A stretch of DNA of 64,000 nucleotides. It comes from a virus. Below are positions 17,606 to 27,068 of this stretch, one piece after another. Every line of letters starts with the position of its first letter. Within the stretch, counting starts at the first letter, position 1. The DNA is taken from the IMG/VR virus record IMGVR_UViG_3300046698_000540, positions 1-64,000 of that record; one strand, 5' to 3'. The notes beneath the pieces were generated by a model, which ran no database searches, had not been told where the DNA came from, and saw only the letters and a program-made list of their open reading frames with translations. A program made the position numbers and the translations under genes.

Positions 17606-19087
17606 TTACCGGAAAGATTCTCTGTAATCTACCACCATGACCTTGTAGCCTCGCTTGTGGAACTTTTTCAGCCGCGCTTGGGCTAACCTGTGCAACAGGG
17701 GAACATCGTCCACCAGATCCTCCGCAAGCGGATTTTTCTTCGGCACGTCCACCCGCTCAATGCGCCCTACGTTTTGTTCCACCGCCTGTGAGGGAAGCGC
17801 CCAAATCAGTGTGTCCAAATCCGGCTGATCCAAGCCCAGGCCGGCGATCTGCTCGCTGGCGAAGATCACTTTGCGCGTCGTCAGGATTCGCACCCGGTCG
17901 CCCTTGTTCTTCTCCGGGCCCACCACTGTTCCCATCTGGTCCACCGGCACGCCCTTCTGCATCGCCAGGTGATACAGTGCGCCCAAGTGCTGGACCCGCT
18001 TTGAAAGGATCAGGATCTTGCGCCCCGCCTTCCAACAGTTCTTCACTTCCTCGGCGATGATATTGTTCCGGCGATTGTCTTTCGCCAGCGCCGTATACAT
18101 GCGGCCAAAATTCGTCTTCCCATTCCAGGCGTTGGAAATCGCCTGTTGCGGAAGCTGCGTCCCGGTGAGAATCTGGTACACGGTTGGCTGTGAATCCAAT
18201 TCCAACATGGAGTACACGATGTCGCCAATGTGGAGCTTGAACGCCCGATGCATTCCGTCCGGGCGTTCTGGAGTCGCCGACAGACCCCATCGGTACATGG
18301 CGGGAAATTTCGGAACTACCTGAAGCCATGTGGCGGCCCCTATACGGTGCACTTCATCCGATATAAACACTCCGACAGACTTGTACAACTCCGGCGGATA
18401 ATTTTTCTGCGCCAGAGAGTGCACCATCGCCACGATGAATGGGCGGTTCCACTGGCACGTTTCCCCTTGCACCACGCCAATCTCTCCCTTGGTCAGGTTT
18501 GTGAACTGCTGGATGCGCTTGATCCACTGATCCAAGAGAACCTGAGTGGGGACCACCACCAGGGTCCGTCGGCCAATAGCGCACGCCGCATGAATCGCGC
18601 ATACGGTTTTGCCCTTGCCTGGACTGGCGACAAAAATTCCGCCCAAGGAATCCTGAAGCGCTTGAGAAGCTGCCAACTGGTCTTTCCCGGGTTCGTTGAT
18701 TAGCTTACCGTGGAACTCCATGTGCGTTGGGCCTGTGAACAACTGTGTACCACACCCGGTTTCTTCAGCGTGATACTGGCCTATGCCGGGTGACCGCGCA
18801 TCAATGACGTTCTCCCACTCGGCCGCGCCCGGCTCGAGCAGGTCCGCGATCCTCTCCAGGTAGTACCTGGGAACCCTCACGAACCCTTCGTCCATCTCGT
18901 AGCAGAACACGGATTCCTGGCTGTTGCGATCGCTGCCGGTGAAGTCCCTGGTATCCGCGGTCTTGAATACCAAGTCCTTCGCCAGACGATGGCGCAGGCG
19001 ATCCTCGTTCAACACCAGAATGCGGGGAATTTCCACCCAACCAGCAAGTCTCACGCGGGGTACTGTTTCTTCAATTCTTTTGGCCAT
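17606..19087 (-). CDS. superfamily 2 (DEAD/DEAH, UvsW-like) helicase
   Basis: SPGKGKT, DEVH, LSATPERPDG, GLDQPDLD, QNVGRIER. Confidence 0.9.
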   Translation of the reverse strand: MAKRIEETVPRVRLAGWVEIPRILVLNEDRLRHRLAKDLVFKTADTRDFTGSDRNSQESVFCYEMDEGFVRVPRYYLERIADLLEPGAAEWENVIDARSPGIGQYHAEETGCGTQLFTGPTHMEFHGKLINEPGKDQLAASQALQDSLGGIFVASPGKGKTVCAIHAACAIGRRTLVVVPTQVLLDQWIKRIQQFTNLTKGEIGVVQGETCQWNRPFIVAMVHSLAQKNYPPELYKSVGVFISDEVHRIGAATWLQVVPKFPAMYRWGLSATPERPDGMHRAFKLHIGDIVYSMLELDSQPTVYQILTGTQLPQQAISNAWNGKTNFGRMYTALAKDNRRNNIIAEEVKNCWKAGRKILILSKRVQHLGALYHLAMQKGVPVDQMGTVVGPEKNKGDRVRILTTRKVIFASEQIAGLGLDQPDLDTLIWALPSQAVEQNVGRIERVDVPKKNPLAEDLVDDVPLLHRLAQARLKKFHKRGYKVMVVDYRESFR

Positions 19088-19162
19088 ACTTTTTCCGAAC
19101 ACGAGGGCCAGCGCCGGCCGAAACCGGCGCCGTAAAGGTGCCCTCACGTCATGACAAAATCT

Positions 19163-19441
19163 TTATCGGCGGCGCGCCTCAGCTTCGTCTCGCGTCACTC
19201 CCGACACCAGTTGGGGGCGCTTTTCAACTCTCTCTGGCAAATTGAAAAAGCCGCTCTCGGGCAAAGACACGCCAATCGCTTCCACTAGAGACACTTCCAC
19301 CTTCGCCGTGTTGATGATCGTTTGCGCCACTTCACAGATCGCCTTCGCCCGGTCCAGGTCCATTGGCTTCTCCGGATCCTTCAGCGCTTCCAGAGTTTCA
19401 AACAGATGATCTCGAAGATCGTTGATCTTGTTCCTTGCCAC
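19163..19441 (-). CDS. phage hypothetical protein (partner of the upstream HNH gene)
   Basis: INDLRDHLFETLEAL ... RAKAICEVAQTIINTAKVE. Confidence 0.75.
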   Translation of the reverse strand: MARNKINDLRDHLFETLEALKDPEKPMDLDRAKAICEVAQTIINTAKVEVSLVEAIGVSLPESGFFNLPERVEKRPQLVSGVTRDEAEARRR

Positions 19442-20138
19442 TGAGACTCCTTATTTTCCGTTTCAGGACGCCTTGCAACTGAATCACTTCCGCCAATTCC
19501 TGAGGCAGCCGGCCCCACATTTTATTGCGGCGCGCGTTATCGGCCATGGACAGCAACTCTAGGTTCTCGATCACGCAATTCTCGCGCTTGCCGTCCTTGA
19601 AAATCACATGATGCTTCGGCGGAATCGGCCCCTTATGCTTCTCCCACAACCAGCGGTTGTACATCGGCCACACTTCTGAATTGCCATACCCTGTGGGCTC
19701 CTTGCCGGCAACCGCTTCCCTAACTTTGATCCGGCGATATCCTTCAGGATCTATACGAATGGACCCTATAGGAACCCAGTTCTTCGCAGCCCACCCTGAC
19801 CGAGCGCCTTTTTTGAACTGTGTCTCCGCCATGCGGCCTGGAGCATATCCCGGACACTTCACCCCTTTGTTCGCCGGCACGATGCCTTTTTTGAATTGCC
19901 AAGCAACCCCAAAGCTGTGCCCTTTGAATAGCCTACACCGATTCTTGGGATCTTTGACGTACTCGGCCGTTTTTTTCAACCCCAGTTTCCGGGCCTTCTC
20001 ATACACCTTTTGAAGAACACGACTCAGATGTTCCGCGATCGCCGGCGTCGAACCACTGGCATAGTGCTCCCGCAAGTACGCCTCTTCAGCGGAAGTCCAC
20101 ACCTGGCGGTTCTTGATGATACCGCGAGACTTCGACAT
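19398..20138 (-). CDS. HNH (HNH_3-type) endonuclease-like protein
   Basis: WTSAEEAYLREHY, FKKG repeats, WEKHKGPIP..HHVIFKDG ... NLELLS..NARRN. Confidence 0.85.
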   Translation of the reverse strand: MSKSRGIIKNRQVWTSAEEAYLREHYASGSTPAIAEHLSRVLQKVYEKARKLGLKKTAEYVKDPKNRCRLFKGHSFGVAWQFKKGIVPANKGVKCPGYAPGRMAETQFKKGARSGWAAKNWVPIGSIRIDPEGYRRIKVREAVAGKEPTGYGNSEVWPMYNRWLWEKHKGPIPPKHHVIFKDGKRENCVIENLELLSMADNARRNKMWGRLPQELAEVIQLQGVLKRKIRSLSGKEQDQRSSRSSV

Positions 20139-20351
20139 TTACAGACTCTCGGGACCTCTCCGCGATCGGGGCCCACAAAACTTATGCCATTTAGAGGGCA
20201 GAAACCCACCCTTTTCAATCCACTCATTCAGGGCAAGCACCAGCTCTGCAAGTCGCTCCGCTTTTTCCTGCCTATAAGCAAAGGGAACCGTTTCGCTAAA
20301 AAATTCCCGCGAAATTTCGAGCTGTTCTTTCAAATTAGCGTCTGGATCCAT
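20139..20351 (-). CDS. small phage hypothetical protein
   Basis: MDPDANL ... LNEWIEKGGFLP. Confidence 0.65.
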   Translation of the reverse strand: MDPDANLKEQLEISREFFSETVPFAYRQEKAERLAELVLALNEWIEKGGFLPSKWHKFCGPRSRRGPESL

Positions 20352-20352
20352 G

Positions 20353-22308
20353 CTATTTTCCCTCTCTCCATGTTCTGCACAGCTTGGGTTCGCATACCAG
20401 AGGCACCCTCAGCTTCACCACGTTCTCCATGACTTCCTTGACGGCGCCTACTACCTGAAGGGCGTATTTTTGAGTTCCCTCGATCTCCCCCACGATCTCA
20501 TCGTGGATCTGAAGGCATTGCTGAAACTCGGGCACGGCCCGATCCAGGTTGCGCTGCGCCATCTTCACGATGTCGCCGGCCGAACCCTGCCCGCACTTCG
20601 TGTTGAACGCCTGCCTCTCCTGGTGTCCTCGCATGTACTGATCGCCCACGTTTATCAGGGGCAACCGCCGCTTCCGGTACGCCAACGTCCGAACGAACTC
20701 ATCCACGTGCGCCGCGGCATGGACCGCGTTGGTGAACCTTTGCAGAACCTTATAGCGTTCCCGAAGCAGCGGCCACACTTCTTTCGCTTTTTGCTCTCCA
20801 AACTGCTCCACCAGGCTGTAGAACGACAGACCGTACGCCAGAGCGAAGTTGATAACCTTTCCTCCGGCCCTGTCGATGTCCAAGGCATTTGCTGTATCCT
20901 GATGGAGGTCCAAACCCTGCTGATAAGCGTTCACCAAAGCCGGGTCTTGACTGTAATGCGCGAGCAGCCTCAGCTCTAATTGGTTATAATCGCAAACACA
21001 TAAAAACTTTCCTGGCTTTGGAATCACCAGGCTACGGATGTCTATGAACAGCTTCTGCGAGATCAACTGAGCAACTGGCGCTGAATGCCCGCATCCGCAG
21101 ATATAATTGGCCACACCCGCCTCATCCTTCGATGTTGCTCCTGAAGCATACACTCCACAATGGGGGCAGAAAAAGAAGATGTCTCTCGGAACTTGCTGCA
21201 AATCTCCACTGAAGCGGCCGGATTTTGTACCACATTGCCAGAACGAAGGGTGAAAGCGGCCATTTGCGTCCACACCGTCCACGAACTTCATCAGATCCGT
21301 GCCGCGCTTTTTTTCCAGGTCGCCATACTCCATGTAGAACTTGGCGATCGGACACCCGATGCTGGCGAAGTGCTTCATCGCCACGTCATCCGTCTTGTAC
21401 TTCCCGGTGGGCGTCCTGTAGGGGACCATTTCCACTTCCTGGCCCTTTCGCGCGTAGCCCGCGGGCACTTGAAGCTCAGGATACCCCAACTCCTCAATGA
21501 TGATCTTGGCGAGCACCTGGCGCTGCCCCATGTCGAAGGGCCGACCCGCTTCCTTGATAATCAGCCCCTCCAGGATCGTCTGCCTCTCCGCGGCCGCCCC
21601 CAGCTGCCGGTGCGTTTCCTCCGTGTCGATCTGAACACCTCGGATCACCATGTCACGGAGAATGCGGATCATGGGCACTTCGATCTCGATGTAATCCTGC
21701 CAAAGGCCCTGCCGCTTCAACTCGGGCTCGCACCACTCGTGGAGCATGAGACAGTGGATCGTGTCGTCCGTGTTGTACAGCGTCATCATGTCGATGGGAA
21801 CGGTGCCATAGTCCTTCACCTTCCCACCCATGTGCTCCTCGACCGTCTTGATGGGGTGCCTAAGCAAGACTGGAACGATCTCCTTCAGCCGCAAAAAATG
21901 CGGCGGGGAAAGCCATGTCTCCTCGTCGTACAACCAGGTGGCTATCTGGGAACACCTGACGGAATCGCCCAACTCGATCCCGTGCATCTTGGAAATTCCG
22001 CTTTCCACCTCCATGGCATGTGCCACCTTGCGGATTTTTTTGTCCTCCAGGATCGGTTTCAGCTTCGACCAGACCAGCTCCTCCGAAAGATTCTGCCTGT
22101 CCAGAAGTCCTATGTCATGTCCAGTGGGACAATACCATCCGGTGTAGCCATTCTCTTCGTGAACAGCCACACCCATGCCGGCCATGCGCGGCTTGTATAC
22201 CCACCGCCCCGGCCGCGTCTCATAGTCCAGACCAATTTCTTCATGCTTGGAAAGCTGCTCGACCATGCGCGTGAGACCTTCTTCAGACTGCACGCAAATT
22301 CGTCTCAT
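20353..22308 (-). CDS. polA: family A DNA polymerase with 3'-5' exonuclease domain
   Basis: DYET (ExoI), YNTDD (ExoIII), GTKSGRFS, DYNQLELR (motif A), KVINFALAYG (motif B), QIHDEI (motif C). Confidence 0.93.
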   Translation of the reverse strand: MRRICVQSEEGLTRMVEQLSKHEEIGLDYETRPGRWVYKPRMAGMGVAVHEENGYTGWYCPTGHDIGLLDRQNLSEELVWSKLKPILEDKKIRKVAHAMEVESGISKMHGIELGDSVRCSQIATWLYDEETWLSPPHFLRLKEIVPVLLRHPIKTVEEHMGGKVKDYGTVPIDMMTLYNTDDTIHCLMLHEWCEPELKRQGLWQDYIEIEVPMIRILRDMVIRGVQIDTEETHRQLGAAAERQTILEGLIIKEAGRPFDMGQRQVLAKIIIEELGYPELQVPAGYARKGQEVEMVPYRTPTGKYKTDDVAMKHFASIGCPIAKFYMEYGDLEKKRGTDLMKFVDGVDANGRFHPSFWQCGTKSGRFSGDLQQVPRDIFFFCPHCGVYASGATSKDEAGVANYICGCGHSAPVAQLISQKLFIDIRSLVIPKPGKFLCVCDYNQLELRLLAHYSQDPALVNAYQQGLDLHQDTANALDIDRAGGKVINFALAYGLSFYSLVEQFGEQKAKEVWPLLRERYKVLQRFTNAVHAAAHVDEFVRTLAYRKRRLPLINVGDQYMRGHQERQAFNTKCGQGSAGDIVKMAQRNLDRAVPEFQQCLQIHDEIVGEIEGTQKYALQVVGAVKEVMENVVKLRVPLVCEPKLCRTWREGK

Positions 22309-22541
22309 CTGAGCCCAGACCTTACCTCTCCTGGTTTAAGCCCGCAGCCACAATTTTCCGCGCCGGCCTCCAATTTCAACCAGTGGATGTTCTTCTCGGA
22401 AATTCCTTCCTTCCAATTCTCAAAATCTTCCGGCGTGTGGACGTGGTGCTGCCCTTCGTAGGCACCCACCATGTTTGTAACGTGGATGGAACCGTCAGAA
22501 TCCTGGCTCACGTAGAAATGCATCGTCATACTCGACGACAT
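22305..22541 (-). CDS. hypothetical protein
   Basis: ATGA-coupled to polA. Confidence 0.55.
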   Translation of the reverse strand: MSSSMTMHFYVSQDSDGSIHVTNMVGAYEGQHHVHTPEDFENWKEGISEKNIHWLKLEAGAENCGCGLKPGEVRSGLR

Positions 22542-22543
22542 GT

Positions 22544-22768
22544 TTATCTCCCTGTTGTACGTCTCATAGGGGTCTTGAGACTATCCGGCTGAAACTCTCC
22601 GCTATCCACTCGCTCTTGCATCTTCACGAGAGCTTCCAAGGCGCTCAGATTTCCCAAGTTTCCCCCGCCACTTGGCGTAATATAGGTCGCTCCAAAACGA
22701 TCTGTGTAAAGATCTACCCAATGTTTACCTGAACGGGACTCCCAACGCTCTTGAAGAATCTTTTCCAT
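22544..22768 (-). CDS. hypothetical protein
   Basis: First ORF after promoter and structured leader. Confidence 0.55.
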   Translation of the reverse strand: MEKILQERWESRSGKHWVDLYTDRFGATYITPSGGGNLGNLSALEALVKMQERVDSGEFQPDSLKTPMRRTTGR

Positions 22769-22864
22769 ATGTTCACCAGTCCCCACCCAACCAAACCCCG
22801 TCCTACGATTCGGGGTCCCGGCAGGCTGGCGTAGGAACCAGTTGATGTGGGTGGGGATGATTTA

Positions 22865-22893
22865 AGTATATAGTATTCTGAACTTTTTGTAAA
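22865..22893 (-). promoter_or_regulatory. sigma70-type promoter
   Basis: TTTACA-N17-TATACT, preceded by GGCGACC. Confidence 0.8.
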
Positions 22894-22899
22894 GGTCGC

Positions 22900-24057
22900 C
22901 TACTCCTGCGTGTCCTTCAGAATCACTTGCGCGCCTTGGATCGCTTCTCTGATCGCTTCTGCCTCCATGCCCCCCGGATCTGCACCAGCTTGATTATCAC
23001 CGTAGCGCACACGATGAAACCTAACCCTACATCCGACCAGTTCATAAAGCTCTCTGTCTCCTTTTCTGCCGGCCTGGTCGTTATCCAGGAACGAAACGAT
23101 ACGACGATCCGCCGTCAGTCGAACCAACAGGTTAGCCTGCTCCTGCGAGGGCGAACTTCCGAGTAAGGCCAGCGGAAGAACCGGGAAGCCCATGCTGTCA
23201 CGAAAATCGCGTGTAGCCTGCCACACCATGAGGGCATCCACCACTCCTTCCACCACCACTGCCACGAACCCTGACGGCTGCTTCAAGTATGCCGCTTCCA
23301 ATTTTCCTGACTGAAACCAATGTGCTCCAAAAAGATGCTTCGCCTTCCGGAATCCTTCTTGCGCGTGCTCCCGGTCCACCTGAATTCCTCCACAGCTTTC
23401 ACAGCGGTACGTGTTGTTGTGGCTCTCCAAAGGATACCCGCATGAATGAACTCTGGACCAGAGATTCTTGTACTTTACATCGTGCTCGTGCATCAACCGG
23501 GTGGCTCCGCCCACGGTACCCACCAGTTTTCCCTCAGCATCCCTGACCGGGAATATAATCCTCTGCGTCTTCCTGTCGAAACCCAGACCCCAGGCCCTGC
23601 AGGTTTCCAACGTCACCCCGCGGTCTAAAAGCCTCTGCGCCACCCGGCCCTGGTAGGGGGCCAGCCAGGATTCCGGAAAAATCCGGTAAGGCTCCCGAGC
23701 GGCGCCGGCAAAATGGCTCTCAAAGGGGGGAACACTGGCGGCGATCGCCTCTGGATCCTGGTACAGCAGCGCGGCCAGGCGCTCCAGGGCCTTGGAGCAA
23801 TCGTAGCCTAGTTCTCGTTCCAGGAGGCGAAAGAAGTGCTCCACAGGGCCTTTCCGGCCGCAAGCCAGGCAATTCCAGGTGCCTCCGTTCTCCTCGTCGT
23901 CCGGTTTGACCCCGAGCGAGGGCGTCCGGTCCACCTGGTGGGAATGGCCGGACACCGCCGCGAAAGGACATCGCATGGTGACGTTACTCGACCGGATCAT
24001 ACCCGCCATGGGGGGATTTACCAGCGCCAGCAGCTCCACCACATCATCCACGTTCAC
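22900..24057 (-). CDS. DnaG-type primase (Zn finger + TOPRIM)
   Basis: CPF ... H ... D.TPS ... WNCLACG, RIIFPVRD, VVEGVVDA, FLDNDQAG, DPG. Confidence 0.88.
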   Translation of the reverse strand: MNVDDVVELLALVNPPMAGMIRSSNVTMRCPFAAVSGHSHQVDRTPSLGVKPDDEENGGTWNCLACGRKGPVEHFFRLLERELGYDCSKALERLAALLYQDPEAIAASVPPFESHFAGAAREPYRIFPESWLAPYQGRVAQRLLDRGVTLETCRAWGLGFDRKTQRIIFPVRDAEGKLVGTVGGATRLMHEHDVKYKNLWSRVHSCGYPLESHNNTYRCESCGGIQVDREHAQEGFRKAKHLFGAHWFQSGKLEAAYLKQPSGFVAVVVEGVVDALMVWQATRDFRDSMGFPVLPLALLGSSPSQEQANLLVRLTADRRIVSFLDNDQAGRKGDRELYELVGCRVRFHRVRYGDNQAGADPGGMEAEAIREAIQGAQVILKDTQE

Positions 24058-24067
24058 TTATTACCCC

Positions 24068-25870
24068 CTATTTCGCCGGGCGCGCTTTCTTGGTTTTGGA
24101 AGGTTTCTTGACGGCCTCGGCCTTTGTTTTCTTCGCCTTACTGCCGGGCGCTTCCTGTTTTTTTCCTGACTTTGAGGGCGACTCCCCGAGCCCAAGCCTG
24201 GACGCTGCGCGCTGCTTCCGGACACCGTACTTCTCCGCCAATGGAACCCACAGCTCCTTGAACTCCACACCCCGGTTTTTGGCTATCAGGTAGATCGGAT
24301 TTGGCTTCGAATACCTGTCCTTGGCCTCCTTGATCTCCCGGCTACGGCCAATATGATTGAACAACTGCAACTCCAGCAGGAACAGCGAGAGCGACACAGG
24401 ATCCTTCACCATCTCCTCGGCCCGCTTCTCGACGGCGCCTGCATAGTCCCGACCTTCCTTGACGCTCCCAATCGTGCCAGCGCCGAAGATGGCATCGCAG
24501 TACCTCTTCAGCATGTCGTGATAGGTTCGGGCAATGCACTCGTGAGCCACCAGCACCAGCTCATCCAAAGCAAGCCGCCCGGTCCCTTCCTTTATGGCCT
24601 GCACAAGGAAGGGCACGGCCAACATGTCCTCTTCGTTGTGCTGCTTCGTCTCCAGCTCGCGGTTTTTTTGCTCCAGGTTCGATTTCCTCGTCGTAAGGGG
24701 CTGGGAAGCCGCCGCGGAAGTGCCCTTCTGAGGCTCCCGAAACGAAACGATCTTGCCGATATCGTCACCGGCAACCACAATGCCTGACTTCACACCGGGC
24801 GCCTTTGCATCCTTGCCCTTGACGATCTCGTATTCGTCACAAGACAGAACACCTTTTACTGGATTTCTGTAGCGAACCGTGGACACGGGAACCAGTGCTT
24901 CTCCGTGATGAGAATTCAGCCACAGTTGCTTTGTATTGGCAATTTGCGTACCTACCTTTGCATCAAAGCACTTGGGGTCCGTGCAGGTGTCCTGCTCCTT
25001 GACGTCTGGGAACAAGAGCGTGTTCGCCCCTGTGCGCTTCGGACAAGTAGTGCACGGCCCCGCCGCGGGAATCAACTCAGCGTCCTCCAGGCTGAACGGC
25101 GCCTTCGTCAGTTGCAGATGAAAATTCCGCTGGATGAACTCCTTCAACCTGCGAATCGGTATCAGCCCGTCCCATCCCCCCGCGCACTCCTTCATCGTCT
25201 GTTTCTGCTCATCTTCCGTGAGCCTGGCGATCTCCAGAGCGTGCTCCAAATGGAGCTGACCTTTCCAAAACGCTTTCTTGGCCGGCTCGATCAGTTGATT
25301 AAGCTGCAACCGAAGCTTCACATAGGTGGGCTTTTTTCCCACCTTGCCGGCGAGAACTTCCATATCCTGATAGGTCTTGGACAACGCCAAATACCCTTCG
25401 GCCTCTTCCAGGGGATGCACGTCTTCCCGCTGAATGTTTTCGATCAGAATGATCTCGCGTGCATCGTCGTCGGATAAATCCCTGATGGAGGCGGGAATTT
25501 TCTCGAGACCTGCTATCACGGCCGCCTTCCAGCGCCGGTTGCCTGCTATCACCTGATAGCCTAGGACCTCCCGAACGTGCGACTCATCTGGACCCTCAAA
25601 AATCGGCCGCAAGACCAAATTCTCCAGAATGCCATGCGCCCGAACGGAGGCAACCAGGTCCTCCATCTTCTGCTTGTTGAACTCCCTGCGTTGATTCAAA
25701 CCCGACTCCCGCAGCAATTTGACTTCAACATCGTGCTGCCCGGACGCGGGTAGTTGTGTTACCGTCTGTGTGTCCATTTTCTGTCCTTTCTCGATGTAAT
25801 AAGCCGCATCCAATCTGCATCCTGGCGAGGCGGCGATCTCCGCCGAGGAAACTATTCGTGTTCTTACCAT
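24068..25870 (-). CDS. ParB/RepB/Spo0J-family protein
   Basis: HGILENLVLRP, IAGNRRWKAA, IENIQREDVHPLEEAEGY, HTH, CTTCPKR ... CTDPKCF. Confidence 0.88.
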   Translation of the reverse strand: MVRTRIVSSAEIAASPGCRLDAAYYIEKGQKMDTQTVTQLPASGQHDVEVKLLRESGLNQRREFNKQKMEDLVASVRAHGILENLVLRPIFEGPDESHVREVLGYQVIAGNRRWKAAVIAGLEKIPASIRDLSDDDAREIILIENIQREDVHPLEEAEGYLALSKTYQDMEVLAGKVGKKPTYVKLRLQLNQLIEPAKKAFWKGQLHLEHALEIARLTEDEQKQTMKECAGGWDGLIPIRRLKEFIQRNFHLQLTKAPFSLEDAELIPAAGPCTTCPKRTGANTLLFPDVKEQDTCTDPKCFDAKVGTQIANTKQLWLNSHHGEALVPVSTVRYRNPVKGVLSCDEYEIVKGKDAKAPGVKSGIVVAGDDIGKIVSFREPQKGTSAAASQPLTTRKSNLEQKNRELETKQHNEEDMLAVPFLVQAIKEGTGRLALDELVLVAHECIARTYHDMLKRYCDAIFGAGTIGSVKEGRDYAGAVEKRAEEMVKDPVSLSLFLLELQLFNHIGRSREIKEAKDRYSKPNPIYLIAKNRGVEFKELWVPLAEKYGVRKQRAASRLGLGESPSKSGKKQEAPGSKAKKTKAEAVKKPSKTKKARPAK

Positions 25871-25877
25871 GTTCACC

Positions 25878-26846
25878 TCAAAATGGAACGTCGTCATCGT
25901 TGGGATCGAACAACGGCGTTGCGGCTTGCTTCCTCGGCTTCGCCGGTTTCTTCTCCATCAGGAATTTGTCGTAAGGCGTCAACTGCACCACGTCCTTCAC
26001 CTTCTCCACGCCGTCTTCCCCTTCCACCTCGATCGACGTGATGTATTTGTCCTTCTGTGAGGCCAAAAGTTTCCCCGGTCGCTGGCTGTTCACCTCAGCC
26101 TCATGCTTCGCCGATTCCGACCGCGGCAATGGTTTGTCCGCCCAACCCCTGTCGGGGTCATAGACGAAATCGTGCTTTGACTTCAAATCCAGCTCGAAGT
26201 ACTCGCCGCACTTGCCGGCCAAATAATCTCGGGCCAGTTTGAAGTCTTCGTAAACCTGAGTCTTCATCTCGGCGTTTTCTTCCCTGAGCAGGTATGACGG
26301 ATGGTACGTGGCCAATCCAACCACTTCGCCATACCCGATCGTAAGAAATTTTCCGCGCACTGAACCAATCCGAAGAGTGGCGGGATCCGCGCCAAGCAAA
26401 CCATGCATCGCTGTGGACCCAACCGCCAGGATCAGCCTCTTATTGGGCAGAGCTTCCAATTGCCGGCGCAAAAATCCCGCGCAATTGCTGGATTCCTCCG
26501 CGGTGGGCGTCCTGTTCTTGGCCCAACCCGAGTCCATGATGTCGCAACAGCGGCATTTGCACATGTTCAGGAAATATGTGTTCGTCTCGTTGTATCCGAT
26601 CGACTCAAGACCCCTGTGAAGCAATTTTCCAGCGCGGCCGACAAATGGGATGCCCTGCTTATCCTCATCGTCTCCAGGGCCTTCGCCGAGAATCACCAGG
26701 CGCGCCAGGGGACTTCCCTTGCCGAACACCGAATGTTTCCGGGTGAGGGCGATCTGGCACTTGTGGCAACTGGCCGCCTCCCGCTCGATTTGCGTGAGCA
26801 GCTTCAACGTGCGTTTGCGAACCTCTTCTCCCGTTTCCATGACCAT
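25878..26846 (-). CDS. family 4 uracil-DNA glycosylase-like protein
   Basis: CHKC ... [18 protein letters not shown] ... KCR ... NRTP ... TYHPSYLLR. Confidence 0.9.
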   Translation of the reverse strand: MVMETGEEVRKRTLKLLTQIEREAASCHKCQIALTRKHSVFGKGSPLARLVILGEGPGDDEDKQGIPFVGRAGKLLHRGLESIGYNETNTYFLNMCKCRCCDIMDSGWAKNRTPTAEESSNCAGFLRRQLEALPNKRLILAVGSTAMHGLLGADPATLRIGSVRGKFLTIGYGEVVGLATYHPSYLLREENAEMKTQVYEDFKLARDYLAGKCGEYFELDLKSKHDFVYDPDRGWADKPLPRSESAKHEAEVNSQRPGKLLASQKDKYITSIEVEGEDGVEKVKDVVQLTPYDKFLMEKKPAKPRKQAATPLFDPNDDDVPF

Positions 26847-27068
26847 GTATCCTTGCTAAGACCTGCAGGTGCCTGATTTCGCTGCGGAGATTTGCAATGC
26901 GCCGCTCCAAACGATACCTCTCGCCGCGGTGAAGCTGCTTTTCGTCCTCCACCTGTCTTTCCAGGTCACCTATCCGACTATGAAGTTTAGCTAGTGCCAC
27001 ATCAAAATCTTTGGACATCTGAACAGACGCCCTGGCTGCCTCGTTGATAATACCGCTCATAGATCTCC

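Noticed and set aside
22778-22860. Resemblance of CCCCAC...GTGGGGATGA to type I-E repeats
   Set aside because: Wrong orientation relative to the promoter, no AACCG end, single copy; better read as a leader stem.
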